From an uncultured Solirubrobacterales bacterium (GTDB taxonomy: Bacteria; Actinomycetota; Thermoleophilia; Solirubrobacterales; Solirubrobacteraceae), in assembly GCA_963817345.1 (NCBI GenBank), contig CAWFNV010000003.1, forward strand, positions 1,405,437 through 1,445,436: 40,000 bases of DNA, read 5' to 3'. A program made the translations under genes and the position numbers. Shown one piece after another: positions 1 to 9,909 of the stretch. The notes beneath the pieces were generated by a model. That model was not told the origin of the DNA. It saw only the letters and a list, made by a program, of their open reading frames with translations, and did no database searches. Each line of letters starts with the position of its first letter. The stretch's first letter is position 1.

Positions 1-440
1 CACACCCAGCCGGCGGCCTTCTCTGGAACCAGGCTGTGCAGAGCCGCGGGCTGGGGATCGTGGATCAGGCACACATCCCAACCGCTGGAGAGCTCGCGCG
101 CGTTCATCTCGTTGTACTGCCGCCAGGTTGCCCACTGCTCCTCGTCGAGGTCCTGCGGGGCGCCCTGTAGTGCGTTGTGCATCAGCTTGGTCGCGTTGAA
201 GAACTCCTCCCGGCCGTAGATCACCTGCCACTCGCAGTCCAGGCCGACGTCGCGCATCAGCGGTACGAGCGTGTACAGGATCTCCGAGACGCCACCGCCG
301 AACGCGGTCGCGGAGATGTGCACGACCCGCCGGCCCTTCAGCGGCTCCGCCAGCTCACGGATTTCGGCGATCAGCTCCTTGCCGCAGATGTGCGTGTAGT
401 CGGCAAGTGTCTTGTGGGCAACGGCGACGGGCTGGAGCAC
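1..440 (-). CDS. treT: Trehalose synthase-type GT4 glycosyltransferase (TreT-like), N-terminal part; the 3' end lies beyond the window start
   Basis: Absent from the ORF track because no stop lies inside the window. My reverse-strand translation from GTG (complement of 438-440) reads MLQPVAVAHKTLADYTHICGKELIAEIRELAEPLKGRRVVHISATAFGGGVSEILYTLVPLMRDVGLDCEWQVIYGREEFFNATKLMHNALQG...LIHDPQPAAL. It parallels the TreT N-terminus as I remember it (FGGGVAEIL, FFNxTKxxHNALQG, HDPQPAAL). Confidence 0.8.
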   Translation of the reverse strand, partial: MLQPVAVAHKTLADYTHICGKELIAEIRELAEPLKGRRVVHISATAFGGGVSEILYTLVPLMRDVGLDCEWQVIYGREEFFNATKLMHNALQGAPQDLDEEQWATWRQYNEMNARELSSGWDVCLIHDPQPAALHSLVPEKAAGWV

Positions 441-507
441 GCGCGGACGATAGCGGACGGTGTGCTTTTGTTCCGAGCTCCCGCCCAGAGGGTTACTGTC
501 TGGGCAG

Positions 508-2335
508 ATGCTGAACGGACGCATATACCGCGCGGCGTTCGCCCCGCTCGTGGTCGCCTTGGCTGTGGCCGCGTTCTCGCTGACCGCCCGCCCTCCGGCG
601 CTCACCTCGACGCTTGCCCCAGACGCGTTCGACGGCCAGCAGGCGCTGGGCGAAACGAAGCGGCTCGCCGCCGAATTCCCCGAACGTCGGCCAGGCAGCG
701 TGGGAGACGTTCGACTGGCCAGTCACATCGCGAGCACGATCGAAGGGCTCGGCGACACGGCCAGCGGAGGGTTCTCGGTGCACGTGAGGCGGATACGTGC
801 GCAGACGATCGACGGCGAGCAGACGCTCGAGACGGTGATCGCGCAGCGACCTGGCAGCACGGCCGAGAGTCCGATCGTGATCCTCGCCCATCGCGACGCT
901 GCCGCGCGGGAATCGACGGCGGAGTTGTCTGGGACCGGTGCGCTGATCGAGCTCGCGCGAGTGTTCGCCACGCGCCAGACCCAGCGCACGATTGTTCTCG
1001 TCTCGACCAGCGGCGGCTCCGGCGGGGACGCGGGGGCGGCGAACTTCGCCACGGAAGCGAGCCCACCGGGCCCGATCGACGCGACGATCGTGCTCGGCGA
1101 CATCGCTTCCACGCACCTGCGCAAGCCACTGGTGGTGGCGTACTCCGATGGCTACGGCAGCGCGCCGGACGAGCTGCAGCGTACGGTCACCGATTCGATT
1201 GAGCACGAAGCCGGTGTAGAACCGGGCATGCCGAGCGCGCTCGGCCAACTCGCGCACCTGGCCTTCCCATTCACTCCTGGCGAGCAGGGCGCGCTCGCAG
1301 CGGGGGGGCTGCCGGCCGTGCTTGTGCAGGTGAGCGGCGAACGTGGCCCGGGCGGAGGGGGATCTTCGTCAGATGCGGTGAGCGCGGAACGGATGGAAGG
1401 CTTTGGCAAGGCCGTGCTCAGCGCGGTGGATGCCCTCGATGTTGCCCCCGACATCGAAGCGGCGCCGCAGACCGGCCTCGTACTCGCCCACCAGATCGTC
1501 CCTGTATGGGCGCTGCGCCTGCTGATCGGCATGCTGCTCGTTCCTCCACTGATCGTGCTCCTCGACGGCCTCGCGCGCGCCCGCCGCCGCCAAGAGCCGG
1601 TCGTGCGCTGGATGCTGTGGGCGCTCTCATGCGCGATTCCGTTCTTTGCGTGCGGCCTGTTTGTGCTGATGTTGGGCGCCTTTGGCGCCCTCGCGGCTAC
1701 GCCACTGGAGCCCGTCTTGCCCGGCGCGCTTCCCTTCGACGGTGGCGCGGCACGGGCGGTGCTCGCCTGCGCGCTGGTGCTCGGCCTATCCTGGCTGGCA
1801 TGGCCGACGCTCGTGCGGCGCGGCGGTCTGAGCGTGCGCCCGCTGTCTGGAGACGCTGGGACTGATGCCGCTCCGATCGCGACGCTGCTCGTACTGCTGG
1901 CGGTTGCGGTTGCAGTGTGGACGGTCAACCCGTACGCAGCAATGCTGATTGTGCCGGGGCTACACCTGCTGCTTCCAGTCGCTTCGTCCGAGCGCCGTCC
2001 ACGCCCGCTCGTGGCGCTGGGGCTCCTGGCGCTCGCGCTGGTGCCGTTCGCGCTGCTGGTTGCCTTCTACGCCCACCAGCTCGGGCTACGGCCCGGGTGG
2101 GGTGGCCTGGACAGCGGTACTGCTGATCGCCGGCGGGCATGTGGGATTGCTCGCGGCGGCGCTGTGGAGTGTGGGCCTTGGCTGCGGCGTGGCGATGGCG
2201 CTGCTCGCCTGCACCCCGCCCGCCGACCCTGTTGGCTCAAGCCCGGACGAACGTACGGAGGTCACAATCAGGGGTCCGCTGTCCTATGCCGGTCCCGGTT
2301 CGCTCGGCGGAACCGAGTCGGCTCTGCGACGATAA
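508..2335 (+). CDS. M28-peptidase-like polytopic membrane protein; reading frame interrupted (net +1) at about 2083-2105
   Basis: ORF 460..2427 with likely start ATG 508 (MLNGRIYRAAF followed by a TM helix). An M28-like block (PIVILAHRDAA...SGTGALIELARVF...TIVLVSTSGG) is followed by many TM helices. After about 2090 frame 1 becomes Arg/Cys-rich with poor GC3. Frame 2 (ORF 1949..2335) continues as a TM helix, VAWTAVLLIAGGHVGLLAAALWSVGLGCGVAMALLAC, with high GC3, and stops 14 nt before the sortase ATG. Confidence 0.6.
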
Positions 2336-2348
2336 CTGGAGTTCCAGC

Positions 2349-3119
2349 ATGTCCGAAGTCCTGTTTACGACCAGACCACCCCGCCGCTCTCACCCACGCG
2401 CCCTGCGCGTGCTCGGGTACACGCTGATCGCGATCGGAGCGCTCGCACTCCTCGACGCGGGGGTGACGCTCGTGTGGCAGGAGCCGCTGTCGGCGCTATA
2501 CGCCAAATTCCGCCAGGACGAGCTCCATAGTGCGCTGGCGAAGGTCGAACGTGTGGTGCCGACCCCCGCCGAGCGTAACGTCCTCGCACATCTGCCCAAC
2601 GAGGCACGGCGCATCGAACTGCTTGCACGTGAGTTCGAGCGACACGCCAAGGACGGCAGCCCCGTCGGTGAGATCCACATTCCCAAGATCGATGCCAACT
2701 ACGTCTTCGTCAAGGGCACCGGCACCTCCGAATTGGAGAGCGGACCCGGGACCTATGCCGGGACCAGGTTCCCCGGCATCCCCGGGACGACGTCGATCGC
2801 CGGACACAGGACGACCTATCTGGCGCCGTTTCACAACATCAACGAACTGCGACGGGGCGAGAAGATCTACCTCGACATGCCCTACGCGCACTTCGCCTAC
2901 ACCGTCACCGGTCAGCGCACGGTCTATCCCAACAATGTCCGCGCGGCGACCTCGGAGGTCGGATACAGCCGACTCGTCCTCTCCGCCTGCACACCCCTGT
3001 TCAGCGCCGAAAAGCGTCTGCTGGTCTACGCGCGCCTGAACGGCATCGTTCCCACGCCCCAGGCTGGCGGCGCGATGCGCTTGAGCACCGCCACGAACAC
3101 GGTGGCCCGGGGCGCGTAG
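2349..3119 (+). CDS. Class E-type sortase (membrane-anchored cysteine transpeptidase)
   Basis: Inside ORF 2139..3119; ATG 2349 gives MSEVLFTTRPPRR followed by TM helix LRVLGYTLIAIGALALL. Catalytic-type motifs TSIAGHRTTY (His) and LVLSACTP (Cys) are present, and the overall layout is typical of actinobacterial SrtE. Confidence 0.8.
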   Translation: MSEVLFTTRPPRRSHPRALRVLGYTLIAIGALALLDAGVTLVWQEPLSALYAKFRQDELHSALAKVERVVPTPAERNVLAHLPNEARRIELLAREFERHAKDGSPVGEIHIPKIDANYVFVKGTGTSELESGPGTYAGTRFPGIPGTTSIAGHRTTYLAPFHNINELRRGEKIYLDMPYAHFAYTVTGQRTVYPNNVRAATSEVGYSRLVLSACTPLFSAEKRLLVYARLNGIVPTPQAGGAMRLSTATNTVARGA

Positions 3120-3148
3120 GCTCGCTCGAGCTGGGCACCCGGCCGCGC

Positions 3149-4084
3149 TCACCAGCGGTGCTCATAGCCCTCCAGCCGGCGCTCCTCGCCGTGCGCGTCG
3201 AGCAACCTCGCCCCCGGCGGCCCGTCGCTGACGTGGCCGATCCAGGTGAGCTGCGCGCCGCCGGCCTCGCGCAGGCCCTCCTCCACGCGGGCGCGAGCGG
3301 AGGAGGGCACGGTGAAGCACAGCTCATAGTCTTCCCCGGCGCTCACCGCCCACTCGTAGCCGGGCACGCCCCCCCCGCGCCCGGCCGCGTCCGCGTTCCA
3401 GCCCGGCGCGCCCTCGTCGAGCGGCAATCGCTCCAGCTCGATTTCGAGGCTCACCTCGCTGGCATCGCCAATGTGCCGCGCGTCGGCGGCGAGGCCGTCG
3501 GAGATGTCGATCATCGCGCTCGCCTCCGCTCGCGCGAGCGCCTGGCCCTCGCGAAGGCGAGGGATGGGGCGGGTCGGCCTGCCGCCGAGGCGGCCCGTCA
3601 CCCCCACGAGGTCCCCGGTCCGCGCGCCGTCTCGCCCCACCAGTTCAGAGGCGGAGTCGGCCCAGCCGACGACAGTCACGCAGGCCGTGAGGACCGGCGC
3701 GGTGACCACGTCGCCGCCCGCGAGCACGGTCTCCGTCGCCGCGGCGATCTCCAAGGCGCCGCGCACTAGCTCGAGCGCCGGCTGCTCGCCGACCGCGGCA
3801 GAGACCCCGAGCGCGATGTACGCCTCGCCCGTCCTCGCGCCCATCGCGGCGAGATCGGAGAGCGCCCCCGCGAGCGCGCGCCAGCCGACATCGTAGGGGC
3901 TGGAGGAGCCGCCGCCGTCGAGCCGGAAGTGCACGCCCTCGACCATCGTGTCGACGGAGGTCACGCACAGCTCCCCTCCCACACGCACGACCGCGGCGTC
4001 GTCGCCGACACCGCGCACGATCCGCGACCCCCCGCCCCCCGCGGGCAGCGCGGCCGCGATCGAGTCGATCAATGAGCGCTCCAT
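3149..4084 (-). CDS. thiL: Thiamine-monophosphate kinase
   Basis: ORF 3149..4084, 311 aa. The N-terminus GVGDDAAVV...[13 protein letters not shown] and the AIR-synthase-like layout are typical of ThiL. Confidence 0.85.
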   Translation of the reverse strand: MERSLIDSIAAALPAGGGGSRIVRGVGDDAAVVRVGGELCVTSVDTMVEGVHFRLDGGGSSSPYDVGWRALAGALSDLAAMGARTGEAYIALGVSAAVGEQPALELVRGALEIAAATETVLAGGDVVTAPVLTACVTVVGWADSASELVGRDGARTGDLVGVTGRLGGRPTRPIPRLREGQALARAEASAMIDISDGLAADARHIGDASEVSLEIELERLPLDEGAPGWNADAAGRGGGVPGYEWAVSAGEDYELCFTVPSSARARVEEGLREAGGAQLTWIGHVSDGPPGARLLDAHGEERRLEGYEHRW

Positions 4085-4123
4085 GTTCGTCTCGGGGCCT
4101 TTCCCCGCCCCGCCTACTTCGAG

Positions 4124-4342
4124 CTAGCGGTGGCGGTAGACGATTCTCGCGCGGTCGAGGTCGTAGGGGGAGAGCTCGCAGCGGACGCGGTCCCCGGGGA
4201 GGATGCGGATGCGGAAGCGGCGCATCTTGCCGGCGACATGTCCGAGCACGACGTGGTCGTTGTCGAGCTTGACCCTGAACATCGCGTTCGGCAGCGCCTC
4301 GATTACCTCGCCCTCGAATTCGACCTTGTCTTCCTTTGCCAC
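4124..4342 (-). CDS. infA: Translation initiation factor IF-1
   Basis: 72-aa [75 protein letters not shown], an unmistakable IF-1 S1-fold sequence. Confidence 0.95.
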   Translation of the reverse strand: MAKEDKVEFEGEVIEALPNAMFRVKLDNDHVVLGHVAGKMRRFRIRILPGDRVRCELSPYDLDRARIVYRHR

Positions 4343-4378
4343 GAATCTAACCTACCAGCGCGGGCCGTTAGACGGCGC

Positions 4379-6616
4379 TCACGGGTTCGGTTCGGCCCCG
4401 CCGGTCGGTGAGACCGCTGGGCCGCCTTTCCTCGTGGGCGGCTGCGTGGCGGGTTCGCTTGGAGCGTGGGTCGGGGCCGCGGGTGCTTCATGGGCTTCAC
4501 CGGATTCATGGGGTTCATGTGGTTCGCCGGCTTCGTGCGTGGGCGCATGCTGGGCGCTGTGGTGAGACTGCTTCTTGGCAGGGCCCTTTGCGGCCTGTTC
4601 GCTGCTGGTCTGTGTTGCCTGCAGGGACTCGCCGGTGCTCGCAAACTTGCCGAAGAATGGCTCGTAGGAGATCGTTTCCTTGGGTTGGGGGAACGGCACG
4701 CACGGCTTGCCTTCGGTGACTGAAGCCATGTAGTCGTGCCAGATTTCCGCCGGCAGGTAGCCGCCCTGCTGGGGCTCACCGTGGACATCGGTCATCGAGA
4801 CACGCTTGTTCGGATAGCCCATCCAGACGACCGTCGCGTAGTTCGGCGTGTACCCATCCAGCCAGGCGTCAACGAGTTCTGAGGTCGTGCCTGTCTTGGC
4901 GGCTGTCGGGCAGTTGATCGCCGAGCGCGTTGCCGTGCCGCTCTGGACGTTCTGCTCGAGGATGCTGGTCTCCTCGGCGGTCACCGCTTCGCTCAGCACT
5001 TTCACGCGGTGTGGCTCACCCCAATTGCTGTCGACGTGCCCGTCTGGGAAGACGACCTTGGTGATTGCGATCGGGGTGTTGCGGTAGCCGCCGTCGGCGA
5101 GGGTCGCGTAGACATCGGCCATTTCCAGCGGCGTAACCCCGAGTGTCAGCCCGCCGAGCGCTTCCGCGGGGTAGCTGGAGAGATGAGTTTTGACGCCCAT
5201 CTTGTGGGCCATTTCGGTGACCGTCTGCTCGCCGAGGTCCGCGGCGAGCTGCGCATAGACGGTGTTGTCGGAGGTCAGTGTCGCGTTGACGAGGTTGATC
5301 GACTTGTTCAGGGAGGTGCCCTCGAATGTCTTGACTTCGTAGGTGGGATACGTGGGCAACCAGCCGGGCTCGAGCGTGTGCGAGAAGTAATAGGTGGAGT
5401 TCGGGTCGATGCCCCGTGTGAGCGCATCGGCAAGGTCGATCGCCTTGAAGGTCGAGCCGGGTTGGCGGTGTCCGTCTGCTGCGAGGTTGTACTGGGACTG
5501 CTCGTATGTCTCGGACTCGGCCATCGCTTCGATATCACCGTTGGTGGGGTTCAGCGTGACGATCGCCGAAGCCGGGTCTTCGGGCTCGTTGAGTACTTCT
5601 GCGATCGCTTTGCGCGCGAGTCGCTGCTTGTCGAGGTCGATCGTTGTGTAGACCTTCAGGCCGCCCTGTTCGACGGCTTTTGCGCCATAGCGGTCGGCCA
5701 GCTGTTCGCGGACGTATTCGAAGAAGAACGGTTCGCTGCGCTGCGAGTAGAAGGTGCCGAGATGAACCTCCAGCGGAGCGGCCTCGGTGGCCGCTGCCTG
5801 CGCGGGAGTGATGTAGTGCAGTTCGGCCATCTTCGCGAGCACCTCGTTGCGCCGTTCGCGGGCGGCGGCGGGATCGCGGAAGGGGTTGTACTGCGAGGGT
5901 GCCTGCGGCAGCCCGGCGAGCAGCGCTGACTGCTCGAGATTCAGCTGCGAGACAGGCTCATCAAAGAAGATGCGCGCGGCTGCCTGCACGCCAATCGCGG
6001 TCTGCCCACCGACCGTCCCGTAGGGGACGCTGTTGAGATAGCTGGTGAGGATCGAGCGCTTTGAGTGGTGTTCGTTGTACTCGATTGCGAGCTTGGCCTC
6101 GACGATCTTCTGCTTGAGCGTGTGCTGGTCGCCGCCCAGGTAGAGGTTGCGGATCAGCTGCATCGTGATCGTCGAGCCGCCCTGCAGGGCGGCACCGTGG
6201 GTAATGTCCTTGACCGCCGAGCGGAAGATGGCGGTGAGGTCGACGCCGTCGTTTTTGTAGAAGCGCTGGTCCTCGATCGCAACGGTTGCGTTCTTGAGGT
6301 CGTCCGGTATTTCGCTCCATCCGACGGGGCTGCGTACTTCGTCGGACTGGATGAAGCCGAGGCGGGTGCCGTCGGCAGCGAACACCTGTGAGGAGCCGTC
6401 TGAGAGGATCGGGTGCAGCGTCGCGAGCGCCGGCGCCGTGGCGGCCACGTGCAGGACATAGCCGACCGCTGCGATCACGCTGAGCACGAGCGCCGCGGCG
6501 ACCACGCCGCCGCCGACGAGCAGAATCCGTGTGGGGCCGGCGCGGTTGTGCCTGCGCCGGCGCTGTCGTGCTTGCCGCGACATCTGTTGAGCATCGAGAT
6601 TACCGTGCAGCGTCAT
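4379..6616 (-). CDS. Class A penicillin-binding protein (GT51 glycosyltransferase plus transpeptidase) with a His/Glu/Pro-rich C-terminal tail
   Basis: ORF 4379..6817. The likely start is ATG 6616 (MTLHGNLDAQQMSRQARQRRRRH followed by a TM helix), because the upstream part overlaps the better-coding opposite-strand gene. GT51 motifs are present (AIEDQRFYKNDGVD, GGSTITMQL, RKxxE-type KIVEAKLA), and the transpeptidase region contains STFK. Confidence 0.9.
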   Translation of the reverse strand: MTLHGNLDAQQMSRQARQRRRRHNRAGPTRILLVGGGVVAAALVLSVIAAVGYVLHVAATAPALATLHPILSDGSSQVFAADGTRLGFIQSDEVRSPVGWSEIPDDLKNATVAIEDQRFYKNDGVDLTAIFRSAVKDITHGAALQGGSTITMQLIRNLYLGGDQHTLKQKIVEAKLAIEYNEHHSKRSILTSYLNSVPYGTVGGQTAIGVQAAARIFFDEPVSQLNLEQSALLAGLPQAPSQYNPFRDPAAARERRNEVLAKMAELHYITPAQAAATEAAPLEVHLGTFYSQRSEPFFFEYVREQLADRYGAKAVEQGGLKVYTTIDLDKQRLARKAIAEVLNEPEDPASAIVTLNPTNGDIEAMAESETYEQSQYNLAADGHRQPGSTFKAIDLADALTRGIDPNSTYYFSHTLEPGWLPTYPTYEVKTFEGTSLNKSINLVNATLTSDNTVYAQLAADLGEQTVTEMAHKMGVKTHLSSYPAEALGGLTLGVTPLEMADVYATLADGGYRNTPIAITKVVFPDGHVDSNWGEPHRVKVLSEAVTAEETSILEQNVQSGTATRSAINCPTAAKTGTTSELVDAWLDGYTPNYATVVWMGYPNKRVSMTDVHGEPQQGGYLPAEIWHDYMASVTEGKPCVPFPQPKETISYEPFFGKFASTGESLQATQTSSEQAAKGPAKKQSHHSAQHAPTHEAGEPHEPHESGEAHEAPAAPTHAPSEPATQPPTRKGGPAVSPTGGAEPNP

Positions 6617-6701
6617 GAGCTCCGACACAGCAAGTGAGCTGGCGTCCCCATTCGAGTCGCGGGTGGGCTGGTGGACGCGTTTGCGCGCGGATGGTGCGCG
6701 C

Positions 6702-7995
6702 ATGACGGCGGTGCGCGAGTGCTGGCGGGCGCTGTGGCTGTCGCGCCTGTTGGTGTGGGCTGCCGGGGTGGGCACGGTGCTGGCATTTGGCTTCGGTCCC
6801 GTGCGCAATGCGTTCAACCCTCCCGGGGTGACGCGGGGGTTTGGCTGGCTCGGCGACCTGCTGGCGGCTCCGGCCGCACGCTGGGACTCGGTCTGGTATC
6901 TCGTGATCGCCCACTACGGCTACCGCCCCGACCTCGGCGCCTACACCTCCTCGCGCACCGCCTTCTTTCCGCTGTATCCGCTTGGCCTGCACGCGCTGTC
7001 AGACCTTGGCCTGCCGGCGGTGTTGGCGGGGGTTTTGTTCTCGCTGCTCGCGTTCGCGGCGGCGCTGTACGGCATCCATCGCCTGACCACGCTGGAGCTG
7101 ACACGTCTCGCGCGCTCGTCGCTCGCCGAGGATCGCGTCGCCGACGCGGCGCGCTTGGCAGTGATGCTCACGGCATTTGCGCCGATGGCGTTCTTTTTCT
7201 CGGCGGTTTACTCGGAGTCGCTGTACCTGGCTCTGTCGGTGGGACTGTTCTGGTGCGCGCGCAATGGGCGCTGGGCATTGGTGGGCATGCTCGGCGCGCT
7301 CGCGTGCGCCACGCGCAGCACCGGGGTGGTGCTCGTACTGCCGGCGCTGATGCTTTACCTGTACGGCCCACGCGAGGATCGACCACCAGATCTGAAGATG
7401 TTGATGGGCAGGCTGCGCCCGTGTTACCGGCTGCGCCGAGATGTTCTTTGGCTGGCGCTGCTGCCGGCGGGACTCGCCGCATATATGGGCTATCTGGCGC
7501 TGTCCGGCGGCGACGCGCTGGCGCCGTTTCACGCCCAGGACGTGTGGGGCAGGCACTTCGCGGGGCCGTACGTGGGCGTGTGGGACGGCGTGAAAGCGGC
7601 GTTTGACGGCGCACGCCAGACTGCTGTCCTTTCAGCGTCATCACGTCTACTTCCCGATTGCCGGGGGCAGTCCGTTCGTGAGCGCTGGGCATAACCTGAT
7701 GCTGCTCGTGTTCCTGTTTGCTGCCGTGCCGCTGCTCGTCGGGGTCCTGCGCATGCTTCCGCTCGCTTACGGTTCCTACGTGATCGCTGCGCTTGCCCTG
7801 CCGCTGTCCTATCCGGTGGCGCCACAGCCGCTGATGTCGTTGCCACGCTTCCTGCTGGTGCTGTTCCCGCTGGTGATCTGGCTCGCGGCGTGGCTGAGCG
7901 AGCATCCGCGCGCCCAGAAACCGGCACTCGTGCTGTCGGCTTCACTGATGGTGTTGTTCGTCGGCCAGTTCGCTACCTGGCATTGGGTGGCCTAG
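6702..7995 (+). CDS. PIG-V/GT-C-type mannosyltransferase-like integral membrane protein; reading frame interrupted (net +1) at about 7620
   Basis: ORF 6615..7694 (alternative start ATG 6615; I prefer ATG 6702, MTAVRECWRALWLSRLL) carries ARWDSVWYLVIAHYGY...AFFPLYPL, typical of the PIG-V mannosyltransferase family. After cag(7617-7619)+a(7620) frame 0 loses GC3 bias. Frame 1 (ORF 7603..7995) continues as LLSFQRHHVYFP...LMLLVFLFAAVPLLVGVL with TM helices and ends at 7995. Confidence 0.6.
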
Positions 7996-8877
7996 ATGGC
8001 TGACCCCATGCCGACGGAGGCGGAGCGGTCCCGCTCGCCGAGCCCCGGATGGCCGCCGTGGACGGCGCCGCTCGCGCTGTTCGGAGGGGTCGTACTGGCT
8101 GCGGTGGGCGCAGTTGTGATTGACATCCCGGCGCTTGTCCTGGGGGTGAAGATCTCGAGCTCGCACACGCCACCTGGGCTGACGATCGCCGACACGGTGG
8201 TACAGGACATCGGCTTCGTGCTCGCGGCTGTGTATTGCGCACGCATCGGTGGACGGGCGGTGCGCTCGTGGCAGTTCGGCCTGCGCCCTCCAGCTGCAGG
8301 CTGGCGGTCTGCCATTGGCATGATCCTGACGCTGCTGGTCGCCTTCATCGTCCTCAGCGTCGTGTGGTCGGGAATCGTGCACCCCGAAAAAGAGAAGACG
8401 CTCGAACAGCTAGGATCCAACGAAGGCGCCGTGCTGCTGGTGCTCAGCGCCGCGTTGACATGCGTGGTGGCGCCTATGTGCGAGGAGTTCCTGTTTCGCG
8501 GCTACATGTTCACGGCGCTGCGCAACTGGAGGGGGACGCTGCCGGCGGCAGTGATCACTGGGCTGGTGTTCGGCGGCGTGCATGCCGAGTCGGCGCCCGT
8601 CCTCGACCTCGTTCCGCTTGCCCTGCTCGGCTTTGGCCTGTGCCTGCTGTACCGCTACACGGGCTCGCTGTATCCGGGCATCGCGGCGCACTCACTGAAC
8701 AACTCAATCGCGTTCGCAAGCCTCGAGGGCTGGGGCTGGCAAACACCCGTGTTGATCGTTGGCGCGCTGACCGGGATCGCTGTCATCGTGCTTGCGTGCA
8801 AGCGCATCGGTTTGATCACGCCCGAGCTATTGCCGCTCATGCCCAAGGCGTACGCCGTCGGCACAGGGACGTCCTAA
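7996..8877 (+). CDS. CPBP (CAAX/Abi) family intramembrane glutamic endopeptidase
   Basis: ORF 7996..8877. It is multi-TM with family motifs CEEFLFRGY (EExxxR), FGGVH (FxxxH) and HSLNN (HxxxN). Confidence 0.8.
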   Translation: MADPMPTEAERSRSPSPGWPPWTAPLALFGGVVLAAVGAVVIDIPALVLGVKISSSHTPPGLTIADTVVQDIGFVLAAVYCARIGGRAVRSWQFGLRPPAAGWRSAIGMILTLLVAFIVLSVVWSGIVHPEKEKTLEQLGSNEGAVLLVLSAALTCVVAPMCEEFLFRGYMFTALRNWRGTLPAAVITGLVFGGVHAESAPVLDLVPLALLGFGLCLLYRYTGSLYPGIAAHSLNNSIAFASLEGWGWQTPVLIVGALTGIAVIVLACKRIGLITPELLPLMPKAYAVGTGTS

Positions 8878-9218
8878 ACCCTGACGCGGATCACGCGCGC
8901 GAGGAAACCGAGAGCGAAGCCGTAGACGATTAGGGTGAGCAGCAGCTTGACGCCGCGGATCGCCCATTGACTGCTCCACCCCGAGGTGATGCTCGAGAAC
9001 GGCGAGGTGAGCTTGTTGGAGGCTTCGTCGATCGTTTTATGCAGGGTGCCCTCATGGGATGAGGTCTTGGATGAGGTCGATCCGCCGGTGAGCTCTTCCT
9101 GCTGGTGAGTGGATGCGCTGCTGGTTTGGTTGACCACGAAGATCGCAAACGAGGCGATCACGATCAAGCAGATAACCACAGAAGCTAGACGCATCAGGCT
9201 AGCGATGAAGGAGAGCAC
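8874..9218 (-). CDS. Small membrane protein of unknown function (two TM helices flanking a Ser/Thr-rich loop)
   Basis: ORF 8874..9218, 114 aa, with an N-terminal helix LASVVICLIVIASFAIFVV and a C-terminal helix LLLTLIVYGFALGFLA. G+C is visibly lower than in the neighbours. No family recognised. Confidence 0.45.
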   Translation of the reverse strand: MLSFIASLMRLASVVICLIVIASFAIFVVNQTSSASTHQQEELTGGSTSSKTSSHEGTLHKTIDEASNKLTSPFSSITSGWSSQWAIRGVKLLLTLIVYGFALGFLARVIRVRV

Positions 9219-9239
9219 ATCGCTAGATTAGATCTCCCT

Positions 9240-9833
9240 ATGGACATCCCGGCCGAATATGGGAGCGACGATGTCGCCCGTGCCCGCAAGCGCCTGATCG
9301 AAGAACTGCGCGAGCACGCGCTCGTGATCGGTGAGGTGACGCTGACGAGCGGGCGAAAAGCTCAGTACTACGTGGACGCCAAGCGCGCGATCCTGCTGCA
9401 CAGGACGTTCATGGCGCTCGGACTGCTTGTCGCGGAGCGTGCCCGGGCATGCGGCGCGAGCGCGGTCGGCGGTGTGCCCGTGAGCGCGATCCCGGTCGCC
9501 TGCGCCGCGCTCGCCGCGCCCGATCCCCCAGCAAAGATGTTCATCGTGCGCAAAGAGCGCAAGGAGCATGGGTTGCAGCGCTGGATCGAGGGCCCGCCGC
9601 TGCAGGAGGGCGAGCGCTGTGTGCTCGTCGAGGATGTGGTCACGACCGGTGGCTCGACGATCGAAGCAGTGGAGCGGGTGCGCAGCGAGGGCTTGATAGT
9701 CGCGGGTGTGGTGAGCGTGCTCGACCGTCTCGCAGGCGGCGGTGAGGCGATCCAGGCAGCGATTGGCGGCGACGCCTCCTACACGGCGCTGAGCACGATC
9801 GACGAGGTCTACCCCGACCGCCCAGATCGCTGA
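9240..9833 (+). CDS. pyrE: Orotate phosphoribosyltransferase
   Basis: ORF 9240..9833. It has the PRPP-binding loop VLVEDVVTTGGS and the N-terminal FTLTSGR-like motif VTLTSGRKAQYYVD. Confidence 0.9.
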   Translation: MDIPAEYGSDDVARARKRLIEELREHALVIGEVTLTSGRKAQYYVDAKRAILLHRTFMALGLLVAERARACGASAVGGVPVSAIPVACAALAAPDPPAKMFIVRKERKEHGLQRWIEGPPLQEGERCVLVEDVVTTGGSTIEAVERVRSEGLIVAGVVSVLDRLAGGGEAIQAAIGGDASYTALSTIDEVYPDRPDR

Positions 9834-9909
9834 CAGCGAGCAGACGCCATGTTGTGGCAGGCCAGTCGCCGGTAGCCTTCTCGGCGACCCTCAAGCACCG
9901 ATGGGCCGC

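Noticed and set aside
177-1202. Long Arg/Ala/Pro-rich ORFs overlapping real genes. Examples: 177..1202, 493..1257, 1152..1928, 23169..24221, 24620..25378, 24898..25800, 26284..27054, 26586..27503, 26855..27691, 35676..36641, 37102..38253 and 38532..39170.
   Set aside because: Each is out of frame with or antisense to a gene that has clear family motifs. Their low-complexity R/A/P/G composition is the expected artefact of stop-poor high-G+C sequence.
6614-6617. Back-to-back overlapping start codons (CATG) of the PBP gene (minus strand) and the 6615 ORF (plus strand), suggesting overlapping divergent genes.
   Set aside because: This is another palindromic CATG coincidence. The plus-strand gene more plausibly starts at ATG 6702, which leaves a normal divergent promoter region. 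The case remains unresolved without expression data.
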